Below are positions 1 through 12,129 of a DNA stretch of 64,000 bases, one piece after another. The notes beneath the pieces were generated by a model. That model was not told the DNA's origin. It saw only the letters and a list, made by a program, of their open reading frames with translations, and did not search any database. The position numbers and the translations under genes are program-made. The DNA lies in contig MU053934.1 in assembly GCA_013239625.1 (NCBI GenBank), positions 5,412,399-5,476,398 of the forward strand, written 5' to 3'. How positions within the stretch are numbered: position 1 is the first letter of the stretch; the number at the start of each line of letters is the position of its first letter. Source of the stretch: Lama guanicoe. Taxonomy: Eukaryota.

Positions 1-748
1 GCCACCAAAGTCCGAGCTATCAAGTCTGAGACCCCTGACCGTGGCCAGGGGGACCGCGCATGGCCGGGACTGCGCCGCTCCCACCTGTCTTGAGGCCACC
101 CTTCCAGCACCACATGCAGGCTGCTCCTTCTCCCGCTGCACACGCTTTAATTCCCCCTCACCCTGCGCCCCCAGTCCTGGCCCCGCCCCCTCTGCCGCCG
201 CCCCCCCATCGTTGGGCGGGCTTGGGGGCCCACCCCCATGTGCCCTCCACCGCTGCCCAAGCCCCTGCCCGTGTCTGCTCCAGGTGTGAACTCCCCGAGG
301 GCCGGGGGCTTGTTCTGCCTTGAGAAGCTGTGGTCCTAGCGCCAAGCACACTGCTTGGGTCAATCCTGACTGAGTGAACTATCTGTGGAAAGTGCCAGGC
401 TCCAAGAGGAGATTTCACTAACGAAAAGCAGCAGCTGGTACGGCTTCTGGCTCCTGGCGTCTCCACGTGCTCACACACACTGAGCCTGACTTCCGCCCTC
501 TGGGAGAGGGGACTCGCCCCTGCCTTCACTGAGCTGAGGGGTGGTCAGAGGCCCCTCTGATTTACTTAGCTGCGTTGGCACAGTGCTGGACTGCGGGGCC
601 AGTGGCACCGTCCCAGGCTCACATGGCCAGGGGATCAGGCTCTCATACTCTGCACCTCAGCTGCCCCAGGCCCAGCAGGAAGCAGCCCAGATGCCCTTCC
701 CTCCGCACCCGGCCTGCAAGTGCACCCGGGGCGGCCGGGCCTCCTCAC

Positions 749-910
749 CGATGATGGCCTCCTTCAGGCTGGACTCCACAGGCAGGATGTTCTTCTCCAC
801 CAGCTCCATGGGGCCAGGCCTCTGCGCAATCTTCTCGTTGAGGTCATCAGCCAGCCTGGCTCTCTTCAGCTTCAGCTGCTTGGCCTGCAGGGAAGGCTCG
901 GCCGAGGTCT
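749..910 (-). CDS. MRTFA: MRTFA coding exon (162 nt): spacer 2, basic KLKR element and RPEL3
   Basis: Acceptor ..GGACAG|AG ACC TCG at 911/910, donor ATC ATC G|GTGAG at 749/748. Encodes (E)TSAEPSLQAKQLKLKRARLADDLNEKIAQRPGPMELVEKNILPVESSLKEAII, visible inside ORF 657..1211(-). Phase 1-1. Confidence 0.97.
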
Positions 911-1802
911 CTGTCCGCGGGAGAGAATGGAGTGAGTGCGGGAGGATATGGAATGAGCTGCTTCTGCCCTGGGAATCCAGAGTGGCTGCCCTTCCCTCTG
1001 GGGAAGGAGCAGAGACCATCAGCATGCAAAGCACGTCCCAGGCAGAGAAGGGTGGCCCGGCTTGAAGTTTCACAAGGACAGAAGAAGGAGCCCCCACTGT
1101 GGACAGCGTGTGGCTGGCCACCAGGCCAAGGCTAGCCCAGACAACACTGGAAGAGCTGGGATGGTCTCTCCTCTCCCTCAGACCTGCTGCTGTGCTGCAG
1201 GGGGAGTTCACCTCTCTGCTCTGGGTCTCATCTGCAAAATGTGCGGATCAGACTAGGAAAGCTTTCTTTCAACCCCAGAGTGGGTTCAAACCAAACAAAA
1301 CACGGACAGAGTCACAACGCTTTCAGCAGCCACAAGCTTTCCGTCCCTAGAATGTGGAAAGACGTGTGTGTGGGGCCGGGCGAGTGCGTCTGGGATGAGC
1401 CTGCTCATACTTCACAGGTGCTTGAGGAGACACTGAGTGAAGGATGACGGATGGATAGAGAGATGAAGGAATGAACAAAAACACAAAGTAAATGCATTTT
1501 AAAAACAGATTTGGAGGAAAGGATTTCACACCAAGGTTAGATGAGTTCCAGGGCCACCATGTGGCCCTAGAAAGAGGGAAGCCAACCCAAGAGAATGTGA
1601 TTGTGCTTCTTTGGGAATCCCCAAAAACCAGTGGTGACCACCACCACACTGCTGTCTTACTGTGCTAAGGCTGCGGCTTACCCACCCACTGCCTGGAGAC
1701 ATGGGAGCGATAAGAAAGAGGGAAGAAGAAATGTGGGTGGTGCAGAGGTGAAAACAGTGAGAACAAGGGTTTAGGTGAAGAAGCATTTCTAAGCTAACAC
1801 AC

Positions 1803-1878
1803 CTTCCAAAATGTGCATCCTGACCAGCTCCGATCTCTCCGGCCGGGAACGAATCTTCCGTTTCAGATAGTCCTCTGT
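1803..1878 (-). CDS. MRTFA: MRTFA coding exon (76 nt): RPEL2
   Basis: Acceptor T-tract-ATAG|ACA GAG GAC at 1879/1878, donor GAA G|GTGTGT at 1803/1802. Encodes TEDYLKRKIRSRPERSELVRMHILE. Phase 0-1, compatible with both neighbours. Confidence 0.96.
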
Positions 1879-2257
1879 CTATAAAAAAAAAACACACCAA
1901 GGAGCTCTCAAACCCAGGTCACAAGCTTATGGCATAGACAGGACTAGAAAGCAGCCGTGGCTCTCGTGGCTGCTGTGGGTAACCTCTGCAGCCCTCATTT
2001 CTCAGCCTTGGGACTGCAGGGTTCTGAGGCAAGCGGAGGCCTGGGGAGGGGTGGCATTCCGTTTCAGATAGTCCTCTGTCTATAAAAAAAAAAACACACC
2101 AAGGAGCTCTCAAACCCAGGTCACAAGCTTATGGCATAGACAGGACTAGAAAGCAGCCGTGGCTCTCGTGGCTGCTGTGGGTAACCTCTGCAGCCCTCAT
2201 TTCTCAGCCTTGGGACTGCAGGGTTCTGAGGCAAGCGGAGGCCTGGGGAGGGGTGGC
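1856..2257. repeat. Near-perfect tandem duplication, two copies of about 200 bp
   Basis: Copy 1 is 1856-2055 and copy 2 is 2057-2257, separated by one A at 2056. The only difference seen is A10 versus A11 in the homopolymer. Confidence 0.97.
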
Positions 2258-3209
2258 CTGGGGAGGATGCGTCCACTTTCAATGCACCTACCAAGGGCCC
2301 CATCCATCAGTCAACACCATTTGTCTCTCTGAGGCTGGACTACTAATATCTTTTTTAATCTATTACTTTTACTATCACAAAAGTAATATATGTTCATCAA
2401 AGAAAATTTAGAAAACTAGAAAGTAAAACAACAATTTTAACCACCCACTGTTAGTGTCTTGGTGTGTTTGCTTCTAATCATTATTCCACGCAGAAGAGAA
2501 GTTTAATTTTGCAGAGCTGTAATCATGCTGAATATAATTTTATATCTTATTTCAAAAAAGTTGGCATTGCATCTCCTCGTGAGCATTTTCTATCCATTCT
2601 GCATGGCTACCAAGCGGAATACTAATCTGGATTACATAGTGTCACAGCTCCGGTTTCTTAAAATCCAATGTCCTCATTTCTGCATTTCTGAGGCTCCAGG
2701 TGAATGAAGTCCCAGAGCCACTGCACTCCCCAGCGCTGGTGTTCTAATGTATGTGTGACCCCAGATCTGTCTGACTCCAGCGCCTCTACTCTTAACCTTT
2801 TCACCAGAATTTTTCATACCACAGGTCAAGACCACGAGTAGGTAAAGACCAACACAGGACAGGATAGGACAAGGCAGAGCAGAACAGAGCAGAAAATCAA
2901 ACATCAGAGTGTACTGCATGCATGTCATAAGGTAAAGACTTGGCCCTCATCCGCCACCTTGGTGCTCTGACCTGGCAGCTCCATGCCAGCCCTGGGGTAG
3001 CGCTGAGCTGACCGGGGACAGCTCACAGGGGCTGCAGACCCTGGGCGCAGCACCCATCTGCCAGGGGCTGAGGTTATCACCATGGCTGCCGCAGAAGATG
3101 GTAGAACAGGTTGGACACTGCAGGGCCTCACGGAACATGAGAGAGAGACATGTTTTCTAAGCCACCTGAAGTTCTGAACGGTGGCCACGGCTGAGGGAGA
3201 ATATGGTGC

Positions 3210-3500
3210 TGATTCAGAAAATACCTGGAGTCCAGAAACCAAGGACTGAATCCCAGTTTGCCACTTACTACCTAGACAAGTTACTCAACTTCTCTTAGCT
3301 GCATCTAAAAGGAGAAGATAATAACACCTGATTCCTAAGAGTTGATGGGAGCATAAACAAGAAAGGGATACAATTCCATATGGAAGTGCTCAAGACCCCA
3401 CACCCTCGTCTCAAACTTCTGTCTATGGAGTGTGTATCTCCCTGAATAAATCTAGTTTCACTTTAAGAAACAAAAAAAGAAGTGCTTGATAAACCAGTAG
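3210..3500 (+). mobile_element. Old MIR SINE interrupted by an 88-bp polyadenylated insert (3391-3478)
   Basis: MIR-like gaatcccagtttgccacttact..caagttactcaacttctct. The insert is flanked by gaagtgct repeats. Confidence 0.6.
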
Positions 3501-4507
3501 ATATTCTAATTAGTGCATATTTACTCCAGGCTTTTGAGAAACAGCCCAGGAAATGGCGCCACATATTAAGACTGGGCTGGGGCACAGGCAGCGGCCTTCC
3601 TCCTCCCGCAGACTCCCTCCTCCTCCCGGCACCGAAACCGTGCAGCTGGTCAGTCCTTTGGTTCCCAGTACCTGTGACCTCATTCTTCCCACTCTAAGAA
3701 TTAATCATTGCTTTCCTCAGAAGTTTGTTAAAAATAAAATAAAAATAGAAGACAATAAGGTAAGTCTTGGAGATTTTAAATATTTCAGAGCCTCTGAAAG
3801 AGCTGTGGGAGCCCTGGCCTGTGATCCTCCATGTGGGGAGGTTCTCTTCCCTCGTCTTTTTCACAAAGAGAAAAGCGAAGGGGCTGAGCGGGGGAAGCAT
3901 CTTCTGGCGACTTCCCCATCTCTGCCCACATAGGGCAGCAGAATATTCCCCCCAAGTCCCCGGAGGGAACTGAAACCGAGGGGACAGGCAACAAGCCAGG
4001 TGCTACAGCCCACACGTGAGCTCAGAGGGGCCCAGCTCCCATGGCCTCAAGTGGATCCTGGCTGCTCAGGGGCACATGGAGACCAGTGGGGTTTCCAGCC
4101 CATTGGAATGCCCATCCTGGAAAGGTATGGGTGGTGTGGCCACAGACATGGGGGAACCACCACCCAGCAAGCTCTTCCATGGCCAGTGTTCATGTCCTAA
4201 CAGCTACAAAGGCTAAGTGGAATTAATGATGAGAAAATACTAGCAGTCTCCAAACCAGAAGGAGGAAGGTGATCATTCCATACCATTAAATGTACTAAAG
4301 GAAGAAACTCGTTCTGGTCACGGTGCGTATCACCCCACTGGGAGATGGCCAGGGTGGAGGATGAAGTAGAAAAGGTAGTGCTTTCTATTTAGAACTGTGA
4401 GGCCAGGGCTGACCCTGGCGGCACATCAGACTGGAAGGAGGAGGACCAACAACACAATGGACTCTGAAAATGCTCTTGGGAGTCCATGGGGAAGAAAGGT
4501 ACCTTAC

Positions 4508-4563
4508 CCTGGCCCGCTCCAAGCTCCTTCTCTGCTCGTGAAATGCAGCTGGACTTTTCAAAG
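4508..4563 (-). CDS. MRTFA: MRTFA coding exon (56 nt): spacer 1
   Basis: Acceptor CCAACAG|CT TTG AAA at 4564/4563, donor GCC AGG|GTAAGG at 4508/4507. Encodes (P)LKSPAAFHEQRRSLERAR, visible in ORF 4385..4582(-). Phase 1-0. Confidence 0.96.
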
Positions 4564-5618
4564 CTGTTGGGAGAATAATCATAAAATAATTACTTTACAG
4601 TGAAGCATCATGTCTACGACTACAATTTACAGTGGAGAAGGCATCTTAAATTCAAGTTAATTTTAGCAGTGCCACTAATGTCAGCTGAAGTGATGAAGAA
4701 AATGTCACCTGAGTAAGCGCCTACTTTATGGTTCAGCTACCTCGTCGAGACAATTTTGGTTACTTCATTCCTAATGGGAACAGTCACTGCCTAAGCTTGA
4801 GCTCTATAAAGCTCTAATACATATGTATATTACTTTATATATAACTTTATATATAAGTCTTATCGAGCAGTCAACCCTCCAAGGATGCCTGCTGGGCCTC
4901 ACTTTACTCTCAGGGAGACTGGGGGACAGAGCAGAGCTGCAACTTGGGTCCACTTTCCTTCTTCAACCTCATCAGGAATCACAAAGTAACCAAACCGTCT
5001 GAATGAGGCAGTCAGACCAAAAAGACGTATGTCTACTTGGGTGCCATTTCCTTCTCTAGTTCAGCTGTTATTAATAGTGCCGCTAAAATTAACTTGCATT
5101 TCGTCTTGCAGGACTACAAGAACTGCACGGTGATTGTTGGTTAACCTTGGCGCTCACATCCAGCAGCTGACCGGAAGGGCTCCCTGAAGCCCCTGTCAGG
5201 CACTCAGCTCTGTTCCGGGGCCCCCACCACACGAGCCACAGCTCTCAGCTCCACAAACAACGCTGAGGGTGAGGAGGCCAAAGCAGGACCCTCTCCAAAT
5301 GCAGCCCCATGAAGACAGTTTGTGTCAAAAACTCGGCAGATGAGGAGTTGGGACCCCCTGAGGACAAGAGAAAAGGCCTGACACTTCAAGTAGGGAACAA
5401 CAGCAGTAAGAGAGAAATGTATGAGACCGTGGCCAGTTTCACTTCTGCCGCCCCAAAGCAGCTGTGAAACCATGTGTGCAGATAACTTTTGCTGGGCTGC
5501 TGGCTGCGGTAGGAGCACAGGGGTAAGGAGACGCTAAAAGTAGCAAGCGCACAGGTATGGCCCTATCCTGCCTGGGCCTGAGTGCTTCCTCCCCCATCCC
5601 ACCCCCGGAGCTGGGCCT

Positions 5619-5639
5619 CAGCAGCAGCAGCAGCAGCAG
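5619..5639. repeat. (CAG)7 microsatellite, CTG on the gene strand
   Basis: Read directly from the sequence. Confidence 0.9.
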
Positions 5640-8600
5640 CCCCAGAAAGAAGCTCCAAACGTCCCTGCAGTGCTTTTTTTATTTTTATTTTTATTCATTT
5701 ATTTTTTAAAGCTTAGGACAAAAAAGAAACTATCATTTTAAAAGATCAGTTGAGAGCCCACCCCAACTTCTAACAGCAGGGGGAGCTCTAGATCTAGCAA
5801 ATAATCTCTAAAGAAAACCAGCACAAGCTCCCTCCCCAACTTCCCAGAGCATTCCAGAGCTATCCCAGCTCTAATCCAAAGGTCTTGGCATCTCGGTGGG
5901 TAAGCGGACAGTCCTGCACCTGCTTCTACTGAGTAAAGTTGGTTCAACTCCAAAATCATTCTCCAAAAGCCCTGATATGACCAGCAGGGAATGAACATGC
6001 AGCCTTGCTCTAGAGAGCTTATCACATGAGGGAGACAATGAAAACCAAGAATCAAAGAGAAAACTCAGCCTCCGCCCCGCCCCGCCCCCAGTGGCCCTTC
6101 CACCTTATTTCTGTCCATGGTTCATCACCATCTGACAGTCTCTACAGTCATACTATCTGTCTTTCATATTCGTTTATTGTCAGCCTCCCAATACCCAGAA
6201 CAGGCTCCATCAGGGCAGGGACTGCATCTGCATCTTTCGTTTCTGACACTATCCCTGGTGCCTAGAGTACCCAGCACGTCATCCATTCAATGAATTAATA
6301 AATATTCCATAAGAAATGAATGCAAAGTGTACACTAAGGACAGGGAAACCAGACGATTCCTAAAAAGCCTTAAATTCTACTTCAACACTAGAATTCTGGC
6401 TCTCATCTGGGCTCAATACTTGATAGAAATCAGGGTATTTGTTTTCTTGTCCTGGGTTCTGCTGATTACTACTGGTGAGACACGGGGAATGACTGCTTTC
6501 TGGGTCTCATTTGCTTCCTCTGTAGAGTAAGAATCTGCCCACCTTCCAGAGCTCTTGTGAGAATCAAATGGGGGTGAAAGGGCTCCGAAGCGAGTGGGGC
6601 GCCCACCAATGCACTTAGGGGGCTGCCGTCATCAAACGCAGTGATTTGGTTGAATTGTGGGTGAGATCCCCACGCGGGGCAGCTGGTTTCTGAACCACAG
6701 CCACAGATTATAGGACTGAAAACAGCGGCTGGCTGGCTGCCTCAACAGCCTACACTGGCTACCCTAGGGGTAAGGCACAGACTCAGCTTCTGGAAAAACA
6801 ACTCAGAAAACAAGCATTCCCTGATGGAAGAGGAGTGTATCATCTTCACGTACAACAAGGATGTGGCACCACGAGTGGGGAGAAGTGACAGGTGAACTGG
6901 CTGTGGTGGACATGAGTTCCTGTTTGGTTCTACTGAGTCAGGGAAGCTTTCATGTAACGGCAAGGGTGCCTACTTCTGTGGCAGGCCCTATACTAGCTAT
7001 TTTAAACATTCTGGCTAACTGAATAGTCCTAGCGACTCCATGTGGTGGGCAGTATTCCATTTTACAGATAAGGACAGGCTCAGAAAGGGGATGACAAGCA
7101 GCAAACAGCAGGACCACAACCTAATTCTGACCCACCCTCAAGTCAGAGTTCTTTCCTCTTCTCTGGGTTGGTTTCTTAACTGCTTCAAAAAGGAGAATGA
7201 CCCTACTGCATGGAGAGGCAAGGAGGCTTCAATGACACGCACTGCTCACATGTAGGGCTGAGGGCAGGCAATGTGGAAAGGTCAGCTCAGCCACAGAACT
7301 GAGCAAAAACAGGTAAAAGACAGCCCAGAAGAGGAGAACAAAGTGACCACAGGGACACAAAGCCCTGGCTGGAAATCGGGGGCTCACTGTGGAGCTTAAA
7401 GGGCGGCCTTCAGCACTGATACTAGGAGACAGGCCAGGAGGGGACGAGAGGACCAGGGGAGTTCATTAGCTGTCCTGGGCTGGGTCGAGAAAACCACAAG
7501 CGAAGAAGACCAAGAAGAGAATCCAAGACAGTAATCACCAATCCCAAAAGACTGTTCCACTTTATACAACATTATAATCTAACCCTCTTAACAGCCATAA
7601 TTCCAATTCTGTATATGATGAAACTAACACGGCAGCAACCTATGAGGTCATTCCCCGAGTGGTGGGCCCCACCCAGGTCCAGTTCTGTCTCCTCTTCTCC
7701 CTTGGTGACAAGGGTGTGCGTCTCTGTCATTCCTTGAAGAGCCCACTCACTTTGTGCTGCTCTTTCCCCACATTTAACTCAAGTTCAGCAATTTCAACAG
7801 CTACTTCTAACAGGTGAAAGGGGGAGGGAGCAATGGCCCCTCTTCCCTGGGGTTCCCGTCAAGACTCCTGGAAGCGGCTTCCCAGGTTCATGTGGGGAAG
7901 ACTGGAGCAGAGGCCGCAGTGCTCACTGGGGTTGGGGTGGACGGGGTACTCCCGGGCCTGTCCAGCCAGCTTTGTCAAAAGCCACAGCTGTGGAGGGCAA
8001 CCTAGTGAAGAGATGTAGGGGTGACACAGGTGAGCCCCGGGAGGTCCTGATGTCGGAGCAGGTGTAGATACTTAAACTCACCACCAGCTTCCACGCTAAA
8101 GGAATGAAACACAGGAAGCATGCTGGAACTGGTAATAGATTTTAAAGTTTAGGCCTCTCCTAGTTGTGGAAAATCCCCGAAGACTCAAAGTTAACCATAA
8201 ATGTATGTCTGAACAGGAGGGCTGCATTCACCCTGGACCTTCATCCCCGCTCCTTACTGCCTTAATGGCTTTGCCACAGAAGCCAGGGTATTACTCAGAA
8301 ATTTCATTTTTCCAGAAACTTCTAGAAGGCAGTCTCTGAAAGAGAAGCCCTCAAAACCAATGCAAACCCAAGAGGGCACCAAAACTTGATCCCTTCCTCC
8401 CACTCTCAGAGAGCTGGTTTTGCTGGAACACTTGCATGGCTTTGTGTGAACACAGGGAGGTGTGCAAACATGCACTGAAAGGCAAGATACGAAGCCCCCA
8501 TGGAAATCGAATGAACACAGTGGCTAAGAGGTGTGGCGCTCGTAATCAGAGTTTCAGTTCTAGATGTGGGCCCCACCCCTGGCTGGCTCTAACCACTGGT

Positions 8601-9799
8601 TAGTATTCTGTTCCTTCTCCGGCACCCATCTTCTTTCTCCCCTTACACGTTTGCTGCCTTAATTAAATGAGGTCTTTCGTGAACTAAAAAGAGAAAAACT
8701 GTTTTAATTTCCTTTTAAAAACTACACTGCCATCCTCTCCTAAGGGGTGCTGTGCTGCGTCTCCAGCTGACAGCGCAGGAACACGTACCAAGCATCTTGA
8801 TCAGATCCAGCACTGACGAGCGAGGAGGAGGAGCCTAAAACCAGTCCAGTGCATGAGTTAGCGCTTTCCCATCACCAACCCCAGGTCTAGCTCAGTGTAC
8901 AGGCAAGTGAAAGTCCTCTAGGATCCACAAAGCAGTTCTGGAAACACATCTCAGCAAGAATGACAGCAATGAGCTACCAAGACTCATTTCCTCATCGTTA
9001 TCACTAAGGAATATTTATTAAGTGCCTGCATCTGAGTGTCACTTTACCAGGTGCTGACACTGCTGAAGTGATCATTCCCATTCTCGATAAGATACAATGT
9101 TAGACTTAATCTGGCCACCAATTCTGTATTCAGAAAAATACAAAGGCTATGAATATAGGACAGCTAACAGGTCACAGAGTGCCACAGGCCAAGGAACCCT
9201 TCTCTTAGACAAGCTGCTGGATTTCTCTTTCCGCTGTAGAAGCAGGAGGCATACACACAGTGCATCAGTAGGGGCTGTGTGAGTGTGGTAACAAAGGTAG
9301 GAAACCAGAACTACATCCGTCCATCTACCAACAGACAATTCTTAAGTAACTACTGTGCTAGTTACTGAGGACAAGGTTATCCAGGATGGAGTCTCAGCCC
9401 TCAAAGGCAGCTCATGATCTGGTTAAGGGAAAAGACAAAATTACAATACAAAGTGTAGTTGTAGAGGTAAGTCTGAAGTGCTACACAGGACAGAAGAGGC
9501 AAAAAGAATATACAAACCATCCAGGTAGGTTTTTACAGAGAAAACCCAAGTGAACAGAACAGAAACACCACAGGCAGGCAAGGAAGGGAGTGGGGAGGTC
9601 ATCTGAGGCTGAGGAAGAGCCACAGCATGAAGATACAAAAGAGCAGGACAAGTTCGAGGGACTACCAGCGGTCTGATGTGGCAGAGCCAAGGCGCTTATG
9701 TGGGACGAGAGGCCTGCAGGGAGGCGGGGCCCAGCCTGTGAGGGGCTCTAATGAGCGGTCACAGGGCCTGAGTCTAAGAAGATGGGCAGATAAACTTTT

Positions 9800-10740
9800 C
9801 GCTATTTCTCCCACTGAGTACAATGAAACACCCTGGACATCACATATAAAATGAACCTAAGTAGGTTCTAAAAGGTGGAGAGAAGGTGGCAGACTGGCTG
9901 GGGCCTTGGAACCTGGAGAATGACACAGCGGTGAGTCTCTGAGCTTCCTTTCTGCCTCATACGCCCCAGACTTGGAGCCAAAGAAGCTGGCAACCTGGAA
10001 ATGCCAATGAGGCGGACAAAAAAGCCCCAAGCAAGACCTACTCTTACTAGCCAAAGGACCAGGAAAAGGGCCGCCTACCCAGACAGAAAACTTCTAGACA
10101 GTTATCACTCTACTCCAGCCAGACACCACAGAAAAGCCCCACCTCCACCAGGAAAGACCAAGTGGGGAGTCCAGACTTTCACCCTCACAAGAACTGTAAT
10201 GAAGCACCCCAACACTTCTGGGCCAGGTGGTATCGAAGAAGGCCAAGTACGAAGCTGCCCCCAACCCAAGGAGTAACTGGAGACCAAGCAGGGAGCCTGG
10301 ACTTACATCCCAACTCAGCAGTAAGGAGGCAGCCCCCCTTCCCCACTGAGGTGATGTCAGGGGAGGACCTGCGAAGAGTCAGGATAACTGACTTTGACCA
10401 TAACGAGGTCATTTCCACCCACAAAAAAATCTAACATCGTGTCATTCGAGCCCTGGAAAGAGAGGGAAAAGATGGGTTGGAAAAGCACTTAAATAAATGG
10501 CTGAAAACTTCGTAAATTTTGCAAGAGATGTAAGTCTAAAGACTCAAGAAGGTGAGCAAATCCCAAAAAGTTACAAAGAAATTCACATCCAGATACATTG
10601 GAATTAAACTTCTGGAAACTAAAAACACAGAAAAAAACCTGAAAGCAGCCAGAGGAAAAACAATTTGAGTGACAGCAGATTTCTTATCAGAAACTGTGGA
10701 GGCCAGAGCGAAGTACATAGTTTTTTTCAAGTGCTATCAA
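9800..10740 (+). mobile_element. Ancient L1 5' region and ORF1 remnant (L1M-type)
   Basis: 10430-10740 has L1 ORF1-like sequence (atggctgaaaacttc, aaacttctggaaactaaa, gaaagcagccagagg, acagcagatttcttatcagaaac). The preceding 600 bp resembles an old L1 5' end. Degenerate, no intact ORF. Confidence 0.7.
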
Positions 10741-10934
10741 GAATTGTATCCTGTGATCAATGTATAACTATTGCATTTACCAGGCAAGTGACAGAGTCAA
10801 AACTGTGAGGAGGGGGTGGGGAGTTATTCTACCCTGATGCTTTATGTTAAAAAAGTAAAGGAACAGAAACCCACCTGGTAACTTGGTATGTATTCGCTTC
10901 ACCCCACATGCCTGCACTCACATGCTGCCCCCCC

Positions 10935-12125
10935 TTTTAATTTTGAAATTTTTCAAATCTAGAAAAACACTGAAAGAGCAAGTAATAAACTACCCTAAAA
11001 CCTAGATTCTCCAGTTATCTTCCAGCCACAGCTGCCATATCTCTCCCTCATGTGCGTGTGCACATACACACAACTGTGTTTGTTCAGGCAATCACTTGAA
11101 AGTGAGCTCCAGATACAGTCCTCCTTCAGAACCTGCAGGTGATTGCTTCCAGGACCCCCTACGGATACCAAAACCCAAGGATGCTCAAGTCCTTTATATA
11201 AAATGGCATATGGAGTATTTGCATATAACCTACGCACATTCTCCTATATTATTTTTTTTCTCCCACATACCTTAAATCATCTCTAGCTTACTTAGGATAC
11301 CTAATATGTAACTACTATGTAAACAGTAGCCAGCATGCGGCAAATTCAAGCTCTGCTTTTTGGAAATTTCTGGAATTTTTTTTCAACTATTTTCAATCTG
11401 TGGTTCTGTATATACAAAACCTGCAGATACAGAGGGATGACTGGATCAATCACAACATGTCATCCCTAAATTCTTCCATTTCCTGAGAATAAAGACATTC
11501 TCTTATGGAACTAAAATACCTTTATCACACCTGATAAAATTAACACTAATTCAACAATATGATCTAACATACAGTCCATGTTTGAATTTCCTCAGCTGAC
11601 CCTCAAATGTCTTTTATAACTGGATTTCTTCCCCTTAATCCAAGATTTAATCAAGAGTCATGCGCTACATTTAATTATTGTCCCTTTAGTCACAACTTGG
11701 AACAGTACTCTGGTTTTTTCACTTTTCATGACACTGACTTAAGTATACAAACCAGCTGTCTTATGGAAAGAATGCCCTATATTCCGAATTTGGCTGTTTC
11801 CTCATGATTACATTTACGTTAAACATTTTTGGCAAGACGACTGCACGGTTGATGTGTACTTCTGAGTATCAGGAGGCACATAATATGTTGTCCAAACACT
11901 GACAGTGCTAAAAGTTTGAAAAGTGACACCAGATCTCTCCATCTTAAAGGTAGCATAGCATTTCCCCCTTGGTAATTAATACATAATCGGGGTCGGGGGG
12001 CAACATTTTGAGGCAATGTGAAAATCCTGTTCCCTAACCACCATTTACCTAATGGTTTTAGCATCTACTGATGATCCCTGCCTGAAATCAATGATTACCC
12101 CCAGAACTGCAAAACAGTAAGAATT
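10935..12125 (-). mobile_element. Old L1ME-type 3' end, split by a MER2 insertion
   Basis: T-rich start (ttttaattttgaaattttc) and typical inverted L1ME text (cctgagaataaagacattctctt, catacagtccatgtttgaatttc). Confidence 0.55.
11116..11443 (+). mobile_element. MER2-family (TcMar-Tigger) non-autonomous DNA transposon
   Basis: TA precedes the terminal cagtcctccttc, and the far end gagggatgactg is its imperfect inverted repeat. The internal ttccaggaccccc..ggataccaaaa..ggatgctcaagtcc..tatataaaatggc..gtatttgcatataacctacgcacat matches MER2 as I recall it. Confidence 0.85.
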
Positions 12126-12129
12126 GCAT

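Noticed and set aside
1856..2257. CRISPR-like or other prokaryotic repeat system
   Set aside because: There are only two long copies with no spacers, and the window is clearly mammalian intron/exon DNA with no prokaryotic genes.
4689..4712. Box C/D-like motifs (gtgatga..ctga) suggesting a snoRNA
   Set aside because: The spacing is far too short, there is no terminal stem, and it is antisense to the host transcript.
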